Assembly: GCF_016432865.1 (NCBI RefSeq)
Contig: NC_067402.1
Coordinates: forward strand, 187,116,001-187,180,000
Length of the DNA stretch: 64,000 bases
Direction: 5' to 3'
Origin: Antechinus flavipes
Lineage: Eukaryota
The notes below the pieces were generated by a model, which saw only the letters and a list, made by a program, of their open reading frames with translations, made no database searches and was not told the origin of the DNA. This document shows, piece after piece, positions 40,009 through 53,534 of this stretch (positions within the stretch are counted from its first letter, which is position 1; every line of letters begins with the position of its first letter). A program made the position numbers and the translations under genes.

Positions 40009-41054
40009 ATGTTAGAAGTGTTGAATCCAGTGATATGGCTGGAAAAGTATCCAGGAGATTTAAAAAAAAAAAAGCCTTAGGAAATTAGTATTACTGTAGA
40101 TAGACAAACAAGTAATTCCTGTCAAATGCCTTGGCCCTTTTGCAATGAAATGGGTGGGAGTTCCTCCCTGTCCCTCTCCTTCTTCTGGATAACATTCTTA
40201 TCTCAAAAAAAATTAGTCCTCTTTTCCCTTAACGTTGCCCAGGAAAAGAGAGGTCATTAGAAGATTCAGAAATCACTGAAAGTAAAATGGTCCCAGAGAT
40301 GCTATCTGATACCCTGAGCCAGTTTCCTGTTCAGACACTTGTAATTTAGGGGTCCTAGAGCTCAGAAGAAATAGAAATCTAAATATTGTGTTTAGCTTAT
40401 CTCATTCAAACAATCCATGGAAGAAGCTGGAACTGCAGGAAACCAGAGAACCCCTGGTCATTGAGATGTTATGTTGCAATTTGTCCTTGACTATTGCCCT
40501 TGGTTCTACCATAGATCAATATCAGTTATTATAAGAGGACAGATTTTGCCAGACTAACACCCGGACCTTCTTCCCAAGCAGACGCCTAAGATAGTGGAAG
40601 AGCCTGGGGAATGAGGGGGGAAGGTTTAAAAGAATCATTCCCCAGTACTCCTGGGCACAACAGATCTGGTCAGTAAAAATGAGCTGGGGTGGGGATGGGG
40701 AGAGAGAAGGTTCTTACCTGTTGGATAAAAAATTGTTGTTTATACAGAATCTTAAGGTCAATCAAGTATTTCAGAACTATCCTTTGAGAAAGGTAGTGTT
40801 GGTATTTTTATCCTCATTTTACAAATGATAAAACCAAGAAGTGAAATTTCTTAGCTCATTAAATTCATATAACTAGTACCCAGCATACCTGGGGTATAAA
40901 GACCCTCCTTTGGACTCTACATGCAGAGCTCTTTTTGTTAGGCCATGATGTTAGCAGGAGCTCTCTAGGTCCAAATGCCAGCTCTGTCATTTACCAACTG
41001 TACCAGCTATGGACAAGTCACTCATCCTCTCCCAGTCTTTCTCAAATACAAAAT

Positions 41055-41865
41055 TAGTAGTAGTAGTAGTAATAGCGATGGTGGTGGTGATGGTAGTGGT
41101 AGCAGCAGCAACAGCAACAACAGTAGCAATAGCAGCAGTAGTAGCTGTAATAGCAGTAACCGTATAATAGCAGCAACAGGAGCAGCAGTAGTATGAGTAG
41201 TATGAGCAGCATCAGCAGCAGGAGTAGTAATAGCAGCTGCAGCAATAGCAGTGGGAGGAGGAGCACAGCAGTAGTAATAGTAGCAGCAGCAGCAGCAGCA
41301 GCAATAGCAATAGCAGTAGTAGGAGCAGCAGCAGCAGCAATAGCTGTAGTAGCAGCTGCAGCAGAAGTAGTAATAGCAGCTGCAGCAATAGCAGTGGGAG
41401 GAGGAGCACAGCAGTAGTAATAGTAGCAGCAGCCGCAGCAATGGCAATAGCAGTAGTAGGAGCAGAGCAGCAGCAATAGCTGTAGTAGCAGCAGCAGCAA
41501 GAGTAGTAATAGCAACAGCAGCATAGCAGTGGGAGGAGGATCAGCAGCATTAGTAACAGTAGCAGCAGCAGCAACAACAGTAGCAGTAGTAGTAGCAGCA
41601 GTAGCAATAGTAGCAGCAGTAGCAGTAGCAGCAGCAATAGCAATAGCAGTGATAGTAGCAGCAGTAGCAGCAATAGCTATAATAGCAGCTGCAACAACAG
41701 TAGTAATAGCAGCAGCAGCAATAGCGATAGTAGCAGCAACAGTAACAGTAGGAAGAGAAAGAGAAAGAGCCATGGTAGTGGAAGTAGTAGTAGTAGTTAT
41801 AGCAATGGTAGTAGTGGCGGCAGCAACAACAGCAGCAGCAGCAATAGTAATAGTAGTAATATATA
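41055..41865. repeat. Triplet-derived (AGC/AGT/AAT/AAC) low-complexity array with ~135-143 bp higher-order units
   Basis: Identical 67-bp blocks at 41224-41290 and 41367-41433; third degenerate gtgggaggagga landmark at ~41529; longest pure run is (CAG)6. Confidence 0.95.
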
Positions 41866-41954
41866 ACTAACATTTATATAGAACTTACTATGTTACTATT
41901 ATCTCATTTGATCTTAACAAGAACTCTGAGAGGAAGGCGATACTTAACTACATT

Positions 41955-44900
41955 TGTGTCGTTGTGCAGTCATTTTCAGATGTGTTGAACTCTTCGTGAT
42001 CTCATTTGGGGTTTTCTTGTTAAAAATGCTAGAGTAGTCTGCCATTTCTTTCTCAAGCTTATTTTACAGATGAGGAAACTGAGACAAACAGGGGAAGCTG
42101 ACTTGCTCAGTCATGGAGCTAATAAATTCTGTGGTTGAATTTTAACTTAATTCTCCCTGACTCCAGGCTGAGTTCTCTCTCCATTATAATACTAAGTCCT
42201 TCCTAGTCTTCTTTCATTTTAATGCCTTTTCTCTGAGATTAATCCCAAATCATCTTTGTTTGCACATAAATGTTGCATGCTGTCTGCCACGTTAGACTGT
42301 GGGATGCTTGAAAGCAGGGATTGTCTATTTCCTTTCTTTGCATCCCCAATACTTAGTACAGTGCCTGGAACACTGTAGGCCCTTAATTAATAAATGCCAG
42401 TTGACTGATTGATTAAATTACATGACTTAATTACATGATTAAAAGGGAAACATTCACAAGATGTGTAGCATCATAGAAATGTAAGGTTTATATTCTGAGC
42501 ATACACATTTAAGATTCCTGATTTTTGTTCCTAAGTCTCTAATTTAGTGCTCACTTATTTGAGTTAATTTAGTTTTTGTCCAAATCATCTAATCCTATTG
42601 TTTCTCATATAATCCAACTAAGAAAACATCAATATCTGCTCTTAGCAAATTTACTTCTTTCCCCATGACAGATGTTTTTGTGAAACAAACACAAAGAGAT
42701 CATGGATGGGAGCCTTTAAAATGTCCTATCGGCCTTTCTTTAAGAATCACTCTGATATCATTTAGATTCCAGAAACATGATATATGCAGAAGCTCAGAGT
42801 TGTCACCAAACCTAAATGCATATATGTTTTCATTAGAAGAAATATCTATTTAAAGAAAGATAATGCCTTAGACTTAAAAGAAGATGATTATTAAATCTAA
42901 AGAATCACAAAGGACTAAGATGAATCAGGGGTAGCGAGGGAATAGAGTGGATAGAGTGCTAGCCCTGAAGTTAGGAATACTTGAATCCAAATCTAATTTC
43001 AGATACCTACTAGTATATGACTCTGGGCAGATCACTTAACTCTTTGCCTCAGTTTCCTCATCTGTAAAATGAGCTGGAAAAAGAAATAGCAAACCCTTCC
43101 AGTATCTTTACCAAATAAACCCCTAAATGGAGTCATGAAGAGTCAGACAAAACTAAACAAGAGCAAAGATAAATTGCATACACAGTCAGGTGATCAGTCA
43201 AAAACTACAAATAGTCTCATATACCTTGGAACTTAAATCATTGGCATTTTGGAGAAGTCCTCAAGGAGTAAATTTTGTTTTGGAGACAGAGACATGGTTA
43301 GTTCCCTCCGCTAATAGACCATGTAGTCAGCTGGAAGAACTAATAGTCGAGATATGTGTGTTTGAGTCCAGACACTACCACTAAGTTGGCACAGCATTTG
43401 AACAGTGCTGGCACCTAAAAAGGTCCTTGGTAAATGAGACACTTTTCGGTGTCTCAGTTTACTCATTTCTAGTTCAAAATAAACAATCCTATTATCCTAT
43501 GAATCTTTCAGTTCCCTTGTATTATAAGGTCTACAATTCTAAAAGGGGAGTTTAGCTAGCCAATTGTCGGAAATGCTGCCAGGATTAAACAGAACTTGAA
43601 TCATATGTAATTAAAGGGAGATGTTAGAACACATTGGAAATTGCTCTGAAAAAAGGGGAGTAACAACTTCGCCTAGAGAGTTTTTCTCTGTACTAGGAAA
43701 GTATGAGACTTTTGAGACAAATACCCAGAATTCCCTCTTCAGATTACAGAGCTCTGGTTGAGCCCAAACCCTGATAGTCTCTTCAGCGTTTCTCCCACCA
43801 CATTTCATTGTCTCTGTCATATTTTCTTGCTTTCCCTTCTGCCATGACTCTTTTTCCTAAGGCTAACACTTTATTTTTTTTATTGTAGCTTTTTACTTTT
43901 CAAAATACATGAAAGATAGTTTTCAACATTCCACTTGCAAAATTTTGTGTTCCAAATTTTCTCCCTCCCTCCTCTCCTAGATGTCAAGTAATCCAATATA
44001 GGTTAAGCACGTGCAGTTGTTCTAATCATATTTCCACATTTATCCTGCTAGACAAGAAAAATCAGATCAAAAGGGGGAAAATGAGAAAGAAAAGACAAGC
44101 ACACAAACAACAACAAAAATAAAAATACTATGCTTTGATGCACATTCAGTGCCTATAGTTCTCTCTCTAGGTGCAAATAGTTCTCTCCATCACAAATCTA
44201 TTGGAATTGGCCTGAATCACCTCATTATTGAAAAGAAGAACTAACACTTTAAAAAATAAAAATAAAAATCTTTAAAAGTGATGTGATCTATAGCATATTA
44301 ATTTACTCCTCTGCAATAGTTTCTTTACCTATAAAATTGGTACAGTGTTTGAACTGCTTGCTTACCTTACAGAACTATTATAGAGAAAGATATTCAAAAC
44401 CTCAAAATATAATATAAATGTACACCAATATTGTTATCAGCCCAGCTATATAGAACTGTCTATATTAAATGCTTTAAATATTTACTCTCAGAGACAGTAT
44501 CCTAAGTGGTAGCTGGCCACATGAAATTAATTCAAGAACATTAGAAAGCCCCAAGGGCAACTAGTGGAGCAGTAGAGGGAATACAGCCTTGAGTCATCTT
44601 TCTGAGTTCAAATCTTATTTCAGACTCTTACTAGCTGTGTGTCCCTGATCAAGTCACTTAACTTTAATTACTTCAGTTCCTCATCTTTAAAATGAGCCAG
44701 AGAATGAAATTGCAAACCATTCCAGTATCTTTGCCAAGAAAACCCCAAATGGAATTATAAAGAATTGTACATGACCAAAGGAAATGATTGAAAGAAAACC
44801 CCCAACTTTCCCATATGAAAAAATCTCCCTCATCTCTAAGGTGATGCTTGAAATTCTACAGTTAGCGCTGCCCCCAATTCATCTTAGTTCTTTCTGATTC

Positions 44901-46260
44901 TTTAAATTTAATAATCATCTTCTCTTAAGTTTAAGGCATTATCTTTTTTTAATAGATGTTTCTTTAGTTCACGACTGTATTCCCTGTTAAAATGCATGTC
45001 TCCCTTGAAGGGAGTAACTTATTAAGCCAAATTAATCATTCATACCTCAGTGTGAATTCATTTACTAAATCTTTTCCTGAGGATATTTTTTTTTTTTTGT
45101 CTCGTAAGGAAGGATTCTGGGAAGAAAAAAAGGAGGCAAGAACTACATTCAAATCTTACCAGCACAATTTTGCCCAGGACCAGATTTATCATCCTGTGAA
45201 GTCACAGCTGCACACAAATCAACTTCCTTTATAACATCACTTTCTCCCTCCTCCATCCTTCCTCTCCCTAACCCTTGCACTAGAAGGGTTAGTCTATATT
45301 TCTTCTATCAAACTCTTTTGCAATATATAGTCTCAGAGAGCTACCTACTGGGCTACTGAGAAGTTAAGTGCATTGTCTAGGTTCACACAGCCATCATGAG
45401 TCAGAGGCAGCCTTACTGCCTCAGAGGTCAGAATTCTATCCATTATTTATCCACTGTCATCAATAGTGTAACCATAATAATGTTAGACTTTCTAAGCAGG
45501 GTACTTGAGACTGTGGTTTCCATGGGAAGTTTTTCTGTTTGGATATTTAAAGGAATCTCCTGTCTACTTAAGTACAAGATTCCACAAGGTCTCTCATCCC
45601 TCCAAATCTAGAATGTACGCTTTTAAAGCTACATTTCCTGTTGCTCCATCAGCACTGACTATTACAAATCCCTACAGCCCCACCCAAAATTATTCCTCTG
45701 GGCAAGCAAGCAGTGGAAAAGACATCAAAGACAAAAACCCAACTGTGTTCTCTCTTTTAATCCCTAAAGTACAACAGTTTTCTGAAAGGAGTCCATTTGT
45801 CCAATGGAATAAAACAAAAACCTTAATTGAGTCCAATTCCATTTTCTCTTTTAACCTCTATAGCACCACTCCTTTCCTTCCCTCTTCCCACCTCTATCCC
45901 AGATGCTAGAACATTAGATCTCTATTAGGCCAGACACATTTAGCCTTTCAGGCTTCTAAAAGCTAACTTACTGCAGAATTTAACTAGTAAAAAGAGGGAA
46001 TGTCTTCTCTATGCATCTATAGCTATAGCAAGTTGTTGTTTAGTCTTTTTTTTCAGACATGTCCAGCTCTTCATGACCTTATTTGGGATTTTCTCCTCAA
46101 AAACATTGGAATAGTTTGCTATTTCCTTCTCCAAATTCACAGTTGGGGAAACTGAGACAGACATGATAAAGTAACTTGCTCAGGGTCACACAGCTAGCAA
46201 ATATCTGAGATTTAAATTCAAAGGAAGATGAGTCTTCCTAAACTTAGGTACACCATGGGT
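41955..46260. mobile_element. Intron 10 cluster: Mar1-like SINEs (~41955-42190 minus, ~42928-43165 plus, ~44555-44790 plus, ~46030-46260 minus) and an L1 3' end (~43870-44240 minus)
   Basis: Recurrent Mar1 motifs (ttggggttttcttg, gccatttc, gaggaaactgag, gtatctttgccaagaaaacccc) and the L1 motif cctagatg..aagtaatccaatat. Confidence 0.7.
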
Positions 46261-46347
46261 ACTCAGTATACATTGCCACTGTGCTGCTGTAAAAAATTCT
46301 ATTCTCCAATTCAGAAAGAAATAGGAGAGGACTTGCACAAGACTTAC

Positions 46348-46394
46348 CAGGGCAATCTTCATTACTACAGACCCACAGGCTGTTCCGACAAATG
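46348..46394 (-). CDS. VWF: VWF exon 10
   Basis: ttccctgacag|C ATT...CCT G|gtaagt; 47 nt; (C)ICRNSLWVCSNEDCP. Confidence 0.97.
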
Positions 46395-47400
46395 CTGTCA
46401 GGGAAGGAAAAAGAAATACGTACATATTGTAAGTTTAAGAGTACATCGATGAATTCCAGCTAATAGCTAATGCTTCACTCCCAACTAACACTGCCATGAT
46501 AAAATGCTAGGATATAAAATCAGGAGAATTCCTCCTACATAAGACCTTCTTTGAGATTCCCCTAGTTGCCAGTGTCCTACCTCTTGCCTACCCCTCCCCA
46601 AATGGTCTCATATATAAATGGTTTCATGTTGATTCCCCAATAAATGTAATATACTAGAAGACAGGGACAGATTCATTGCTATCTTATTCCAAAGCACCTA
46701 GCTAAGTGCCTGGCAAAAAGCAAGCTCTTTACATAAATGCTTGTTGACTAACTGATAAAAATTGATTCATTAAGAAGCAAGAACCACAGGAAACATTAGG
46801 AGAAAGAAACCAAAAAAAAAAAAGAAAGAAAAGATAGGACTTTAAAAAAATCAAAGTAATCTTTGGGGGTGACTCCCAAAAAATCTTAAAGTTTTAATCT
46901 ACTAAAAAAGCTTAAGAAGTCTTAATATAATCTTAAAGTTTAATAGCTTAAAACTGCACCAAATAGAAATATTCATGACCTGTGAAACAACCATATTTTG
47001 CTAGCAAATCCCAGTTACTCCCTGTCTGTAATCTTAGAAGTAGAAAACAAGTCAGAAAGCCATGACTGCAACTGCTTTTACTGGCCATAAAGGCTCTGTT
47101 TCTTATCTATTTTAGTTATTGCTCTGATAAGTGAGGAGTCCCACATTGCCACAGTTTGTAGATTAGCTTAATAAACACAAGTCGCCTTCATTTCCCTAAT
47201 TTTGGAGGTACCGGGCAAGCCACATTTATATATATATATATTGTCTAGTTTTTTTGTGGCAATTATTTATCGCTTACTCTTCAGTTAATTGTCACATTAT
47301 AATAAAATGTATTACGTATAGCATCTACCATAATAGACAATTAAAAATAGGACTACTATTTTGTTAATGCTTTCTTTTCTTCCTCTTTTTTCCTGCTGAA

Positions 47401-47470
47401 CATATATATATATATACATATATATGTATGTATGTATGTATGTGTGTGTATATATATATATATATATATT
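47401..47470. repeat. Compound (TA)n(TATG)n(TG)n(TA)n microsatellite
   Basis: Directly visible. Confidence 0.9.
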
Positions 47471-48460
47471 AGTACTTTGTTAAAAACTAAATTAAATTTT
47501 GGCATAAGAAATGTATTACTTCAAATAAACATCATTAAAAAATATTTTAAATTTTAAAAATGCACCAAAATTTTTGGGATCTATATCATTAAGGGGGGAT
47601 ATCCTTGGCCACAAAGGATAAAAGGAAAAAAAAAAGAAAGAAAGAAAACATAGGAATGAAGATCCCAGAGATATAGTTAAGTGCCAAAGGACCCTTGCCA
47701 GGAGAAGTTTAAGGAATCTCTGATCTCTGATGACTCTGGAATTATTAGGATTCCAGAATTCTTATCCCTGAATCTTCCACCTGATCCACATGAGATAATT
47801 ATAGGGAAGGCCTCTCTCAAAGAGATGAGAGGGAGAAACCAGGAAATGAGGAATTCTTAGAACTTTTGAGAGATGGCTGTCCCATCACAAATGCTGAGCT
47901 CCAAGTAAAATACCCAGGATATCAAGAAGTAGAGTAAGCTGATGGAAAATGGAATGATAAAGGGTCCCTATAAATGTGGTTAAGTAGAGACAGCTTTCGA
48001 TTTTTTTCTCCAGTGAATTGTTTTTTTCCTATTGTCTTGTGTGAGATTGATTAGGAAAAAACCATTTCAGTTAAGATAGTGACACCTTTCAGTTGACCAA
48101 GTTTTTGATTTTTACTTGTTTATTTATTTTTAAAGGCCTGAGATGAGAAGCCAATCTGGCTGTTTGTATGTCAGCTTCCTTCTTAAATCTCCAGAACAGA
48201 AGAGTTTATTCCACTTTAGCCTTAGGCTGGTCATCAGACGACTTCTGGCCCCAAATCAGTCCCCTTCTCAATCCTCTGCCATTTACAGCCAAGTCTTCCT
48301 AACATATCACACATTGCTAGTTTTCAATCTTCCTTATCCTGTCTCCTACTCTGTTCCTTTTCTTCACTCCCAGATGCCACAGTCCCTGTCCTATCCTCAT
48401 GCAGGTTCCACCTTCTAAAATGAGTCCATCTTCACACTCAGGTTTTTCCCCTCTACCTAC

Positions 48461-48572
48461 CATGTGTTGCAGTCCTGGGAGATGGAGGAGCCAGGTGGGT
48501 AGTGTTTCCCAGAATGCACACAGGAACACTCTGAGCTTTCCACACAAAAGCCATTGTCAAGCAGTTTCCCCT
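48461..48572 (-). CDS. VWF: VWF exon 9
   Basis: ccttgaaacag|AG GGG...ACA TG|gtaggt; 112 nt; (E)[36 protein letters not shown](C). Confidence 0.97.
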
Positions 48573-49475
48573 CTGTTTCAAGGACAAAACATCAAAGAAA
48601 ATTATATTGTACATTATGCCATATGGAATAATCTTCAAATGCCTTAGAAGTTGGAGCTATTAAAGACTTTAAATATCATCTAATCCAATCCAATCATTTT
48701 ATAGATGGATAAATGGAATCTCTGAGTAGGTCAAGTCAATTTTCCAAGGGAACACAAGTATTAAAAAGTAGAGCTCAGTTCTCAGTTTCTAAATCCAGTG
48801 TTTTTATAGGATTTTTCTAAGAAAAATTCTCAAAGCTTACGTGATCTTATTCAATCTTACCTCAACATCTAAATCTACAGAGTGAACAAAAACAGTTATT
48901 CCTGCAATGGAAAGATATTGAAGCATAAGGGGAAAAAGAGTTTTGTCCAAGGTTTGTCCAAAGTAGCATGGTCAAAGCTAGAGGTCCTCAGACCAAGGTC
49001 ACTGACCACACACTAACAGATACTTTCCCCTAAAATTAACAAAATGCTTTCTTATTGTCAACTGTCTTTATATCTGGGTCAAAGCTTATTTTTCAGCTTA
49101 GTCAAAATGACTAGCTCTGGAACGCTGGAAGAGTCTTCCGTTCAATGCCAGCCACGAGTTTCACTGCTGATTAGAAAAGACAAAAGGGTAAAACATAAAC
49201 ACATGCTCCCTCCACAAAGTTACCTTGGGAGCCTGGACCATTTCCCCTTTGTTGTCTTAAACAGAAGCACTTTCATCCACACCAATAAATGGCAAAATTT
49301 AAAAGAAAGTACCAGTGCTATCTTGATCACACTGTACAAAGGCTTTAAATAAAAAAGAAAAGGCCTCTGATTTCAGAGGCAGGAGGACAAAACACAAGTC
49401 GCCTTCATCTCGCACCCCAGAACCAAAACCTCTGCCAAGGGATCTGATAAGTAAATAAAGCGATAAATTTATTAC

Positions 49476-49598
49476 CAGGACAGCTGCAGCCATCAATGCA
49501 TTGGGTCTGACATACTTCATTGATGTGTAGACTTTGACAGGTTCTGGCACAAGGTGATACACACTCCTTATACTCCATGTCAATGGGACATGCTGGCC
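49476..49598 (-). CDS. VWF: VWF exon 8
   Basis: ttgttttaag|GG CCA...CCT G|gtaata; 123 nt; (R)[40 protein letters not shown]. Confidence 0.97.
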
Positions 49599-50269
49599 CT
49601 TAAAACAAAATATGAAATAAGTCTCCCTTTCCTCCAGTATAATACCATATGCAAAAGCTTGTTCAAGACCCCAGACTTATCCCAATTATCTATGAGACTC
49701 CAGCAACTCACCCTAACTTAAGACTCAACATTTCCCCCATGGTTACCCTATCCTAGTTCAGCTCAACTTTCCCATCTCTGTTGAGATTTGCTTCTGTGGC
49801 TACATGACCTTGCATAAGAACCAGCCCTCTGTGAATTATCCCCTATAGAGAGTGTGAATTCCCTAAACAAATACAAATTTCTCCCCATTCCACTCTGAAT
49901 TCTGTCATCACCAAGTTCATATTTCTTGAGTCAGACTTTGGGATTGGCTTTTAAAATGGGATGGGAATCAGTCTGAAACAAAAACAGAAGGAAATAAAGA
50001 CTCAAAGAGTCTTAGAATAAGGTGTACTCCTTCTGAGAGAATGAACACCACATGCTCCAGAGGTACTTCCCGAGACAGAGACAAGAAATGGAGAATGAAG
50101 ATACATAGACATATAAGGGAAGGTATACACACAGAAGGAGAAACCCTCCCTCACACAAATAAACACAAAGAGAAGATGGAGAGATGCTATGAGGAGCATA
50201 GCCCTAGAGATTTCAGACTGCACATTGGCCTGCATGGAGATTCTAGAGGGAAGGACATAGCACGGGAAA

Positions 50270-50490
50270 TAGAAGAAGAGAGAGAATAAGAGAGAGAGAG
50301 AGGGGATGAGAAAAAGAGACACAGAGAGAGACAATGACAAAGAAGAACTGAGAGACAAAGAGACTGAAACAGACAGAGAAAGATACAGAGACACACAGAG
50401 AGACAGAGACAAAGGGAGGAGACAGACACAGAGACACAGAGAGACAGTGATAGAGAAGAACTGACAGAAACAGAGACACACAGAGAGAAT
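50270..50490. repeat. Degenerate GA/CA-rich (GAGACA-like) tract in intron 7
   Basis: Directly visible; source of the Ser/Leu-rich spurious ORFs. Confidence 0.85.
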
Positions 50491-51449
50491 TGGAGAAAAG
50501 CATCAGCACTGAGAAGTAACTCAGATCCCAAAAAGAAGTTGGGACCCACCAGAGAGGAGGGTTGTTTAATGTCCTGAAAAAGAGAAAATGCTTAAATTCT
50601 TAAGAGAATAAATCACTTTTTTCCCCAATTTTTTTGATTCTTAGGGGGGGGTTCCTATGAGCTCACTCTATGTTTTTATTTGATAAATTAATCTGCCCTT
50701 TATCTATCTGACTGATGCCTTGTTATTCTAACCGCTTAAAAGACAGGTGAGGGCCCTTTTAAAGAGGTTCCTAGAAAAAAATTGAAGAGAAGGACCCCCA
50801 AATCAGCTAAATTCTGATGTTCTGGTAAAAACCTTGGCTGGGGATATGAGATATAAATATTTTTATTGAAATGCTCTCAAGATAAACACAGTACAGAAGT
50901 CTAGCTCACAAGTAACATGTCTTTTTAATTGGGCCCCTATGCAAATTTACAAACATCTTTAACCCTTTACTGATTGCTCTCTCTGTCCAATTAATCCATA
51001 AATTCTACTGCCACTTGCTTCCTATGCTGTGCCCCTTTTTCTCTATAAGTAATGACCATGTAATCTCTGATCAATTCCCAATTGCAACTACTTCATCACA
51101 GTTATTTCCTATAGCTTGGTACTGTCCCTAATAATTTTCTCACCTATTGCTTCTGGTATAAAAACTCATTAATGTCTCTCTAGAACATACTATATTAGGT
51201 CTAGAAACCTACCTTTGGCTTAAAAGTTCTTAGTTTATATTCTCTTACCAAGTTATTTATGAAGTATAACATTGTGAATGGTCTCTACAATCACTAAATA
51301 TATCACTTACATAGGCCTGCCTTCTAGAAGAGCAAATCCCTCTTTTAGCCTTTATACCTTCTCTTACATTGTTCCCTTTAACCAGAATAAACCCAAGTGT
51401 AAACTCAACTCTCATGAGTAATGTTTTGTTCAAGATTGTACTAGACTCT

Positions 51450-51600
51450 GGAACAGCTACACGGAACAGTGGATAGAACACTGGCGCTGGAATCAGGAGG
51501 AACTGAGTTCAAATCTGGCCTCAAACACATTTCTTGACTGTATGACCTGGGGCAAATCCACTTAACCCCAATTGCCAACCCTAATTGCCTCAAAAAAAAA
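51450..51600 (+). mobile_element. WSINE1-like short CORE-SINE
   Basis: cagtggatagaacactggcgctggaatcaggaggaactgagttcaaatctggcctca...cttaaccccaattgcc...aaaaaaaaa; ~150 bp with an A tail. Confidence 0.7.
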
Positions 51601-53350
51601 TAATTGTCCTAGACCCAGAACCACTCTGGGTCAAAAAAGATTTAATTTTAGAATAATTCAAAGGTTCTTATGGGGCCCTCAACCAAATCCAACCTCCCAG
51701 GGCTCTTTTCAAGTAAAGTATATATAACATTTTCCATTCTGTTTTGCCTAACCTTCAAAATTCCATCTAAAATTCACCTTCTCCACAAAAACTTTTTTAA
51801 TTAGAAATCCTATCTAATATTAGTCACTCTGCATTTCTATATTTCTCTCCACTTTCATTTTGCCCACCTGAAATTCATTACACTTAATATTTATATCTTG
51901 CTGTGGGACTAGTCTCAAATCTGTAAATCTTTCTCCTGTTAACCCCATTAAATCACAAATTCCTCCCCGATTAGGATCCTACCTTCTTCCTCTCTATACC
52001 TACATAATGAGAGGGCAATGGCCAAGATGATAGCTTATAGGTCAAGGTACCAAAAAAGAGATCTGATCCCTTCATTTTATAGATGAGAAAACTGAGGCCC
52101 AGAAAGGTTAAGTAAGAGAGAATTTTTTTTAAAACAAGATTTCACTGGTTATAAATATCAAAAATGGGATATGAACCCAAGATCTTTCACTCTAGGGCCA
52201 CTGCTATTTCCAACATATTGTATTGTTGGGAAATGTGATATATAGCACTGCCTAGAACACCACTCCACCCCAACTTCCACCCTTCACAATATCCTCCTCA
52301 CTTTCAAAGAATTCCACCCACTTCAGGGCTGAGATGCTGATAGTTACCTTTTTTCTCACCAATGGGCTATAGATATTTTTTAAAGGATATAATTCACAAA
52401 AAGACAAATGAATTGCATAAATATTTTTGTTCCTATCTTTGCTTTTTTGTTTCCATCAGATTATATCCTAATTTATAGGTTTATCTGCATTGATCATAAC
52501 CATTTAAGAATATAATATATATTAATATATATGTACATGTTAATTATTAATTAATTAATATATGTTATATATGAATGTATGTAATAGTAAAAGACAGAAG
52601 TTATTCTACAAAATAATGATCACAACTCCTTGTTCAAAAGGGTAGTTAACTGCTGTTATCATTTGAAGGTTATAAAGATTTGTTATTTAATAAGTAAATC
52701 ATAAGAACAAAAATCAAAAAAGAACAAAAAAAGAAAAAAAATCTATGAACAAATACCATAAGAATGGAAACTATTCCTCCTAGAGAATAGAAGCCTGCCT
52801 TAATAAAGACAGTAGGCCTTAACATGAGTCTTCAAGCTATTATGTAGGTAGTTTTGATTTATTCCATCTCCTTCTCTCTCTCTCTCTCTCCCTCTCTCTC
52901 TCTCTCTTTCTCTCTGTTTCTCCCCTGTGGACAGTTAATGGCAGAAATAGACTAGAATTACAACAAAAGACATACATTAGATGTGAAGAGCTTCAGCAAA
53001 ACCCCACAGTGCATTACCAATGAATCATAGTAAGAGAAGCAAGCTATAATGGAAGTAGCTGCATATACTGGAGGCTTTTCACTCCCACAATTTCTATGAG
53101 TTCTGTGATGTGAGCCACTGCCTGTGGGAATGAGACTTGTTCTGACAAATAGCAGAGTCATGATCAGGAAATAAGAGCAGAAGGTTGGCAAGGGACCTTT
53201 GGGAATTCTGGTTAAGAAGTTAGCTTTTATGGACTGATCAGAAATTTGATTTGTTTGCATTGCTTGGGGACAGAGTGCCTCCTTAAGAAGTGGATCTGTA
53301 TGTTTGTCTTTACTTTTCTTTTTTCTTTTTTTTTTTTTTAATCTCCAGGA

Positions 53351-53521
53351 CTTTTCAAGATCTGGCACTTGTTCACGTAAACCTTACAGAAGCAAGACAT
53401 GGGATTAATAATCACTGGCTTGGTTTTCCAGAAGTACAACTCATCTAATGGTAGAGAAATCATAACCCTACAAGCAGCCCACTATACATTTGAACATCCC
53501 TAATTATAAGTTTTTCTGTAT
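53351..53521 (-). pseudogene. Diverged partial duplicate of the intron 6 3' end plus the first ~32 nt of exon 7
   Basis: Direct-orientation similarity to 54512-54683 (shared cttttcaagatctggcac, agaagcaaga, tgggattaataatcac, ggtagagaaat, tttgaacatcc), with scattered substitutions and small indels. Confidence 0.9.
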
Positions 53522-53534
53522 TCTAAATACTTAA

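Noticed and set aside
41022-41873. Poly-Leu, poly-Ala and poly-Cys/Tyr ORFs
   Set aside because: By-product of triplet periodicity; no start context or splice evidence.
50002-50549. Ser/Leu-rich and Arg/Glu-rich ORFs
   Set aside because: Derived from the GA/CA low-complexity tract.
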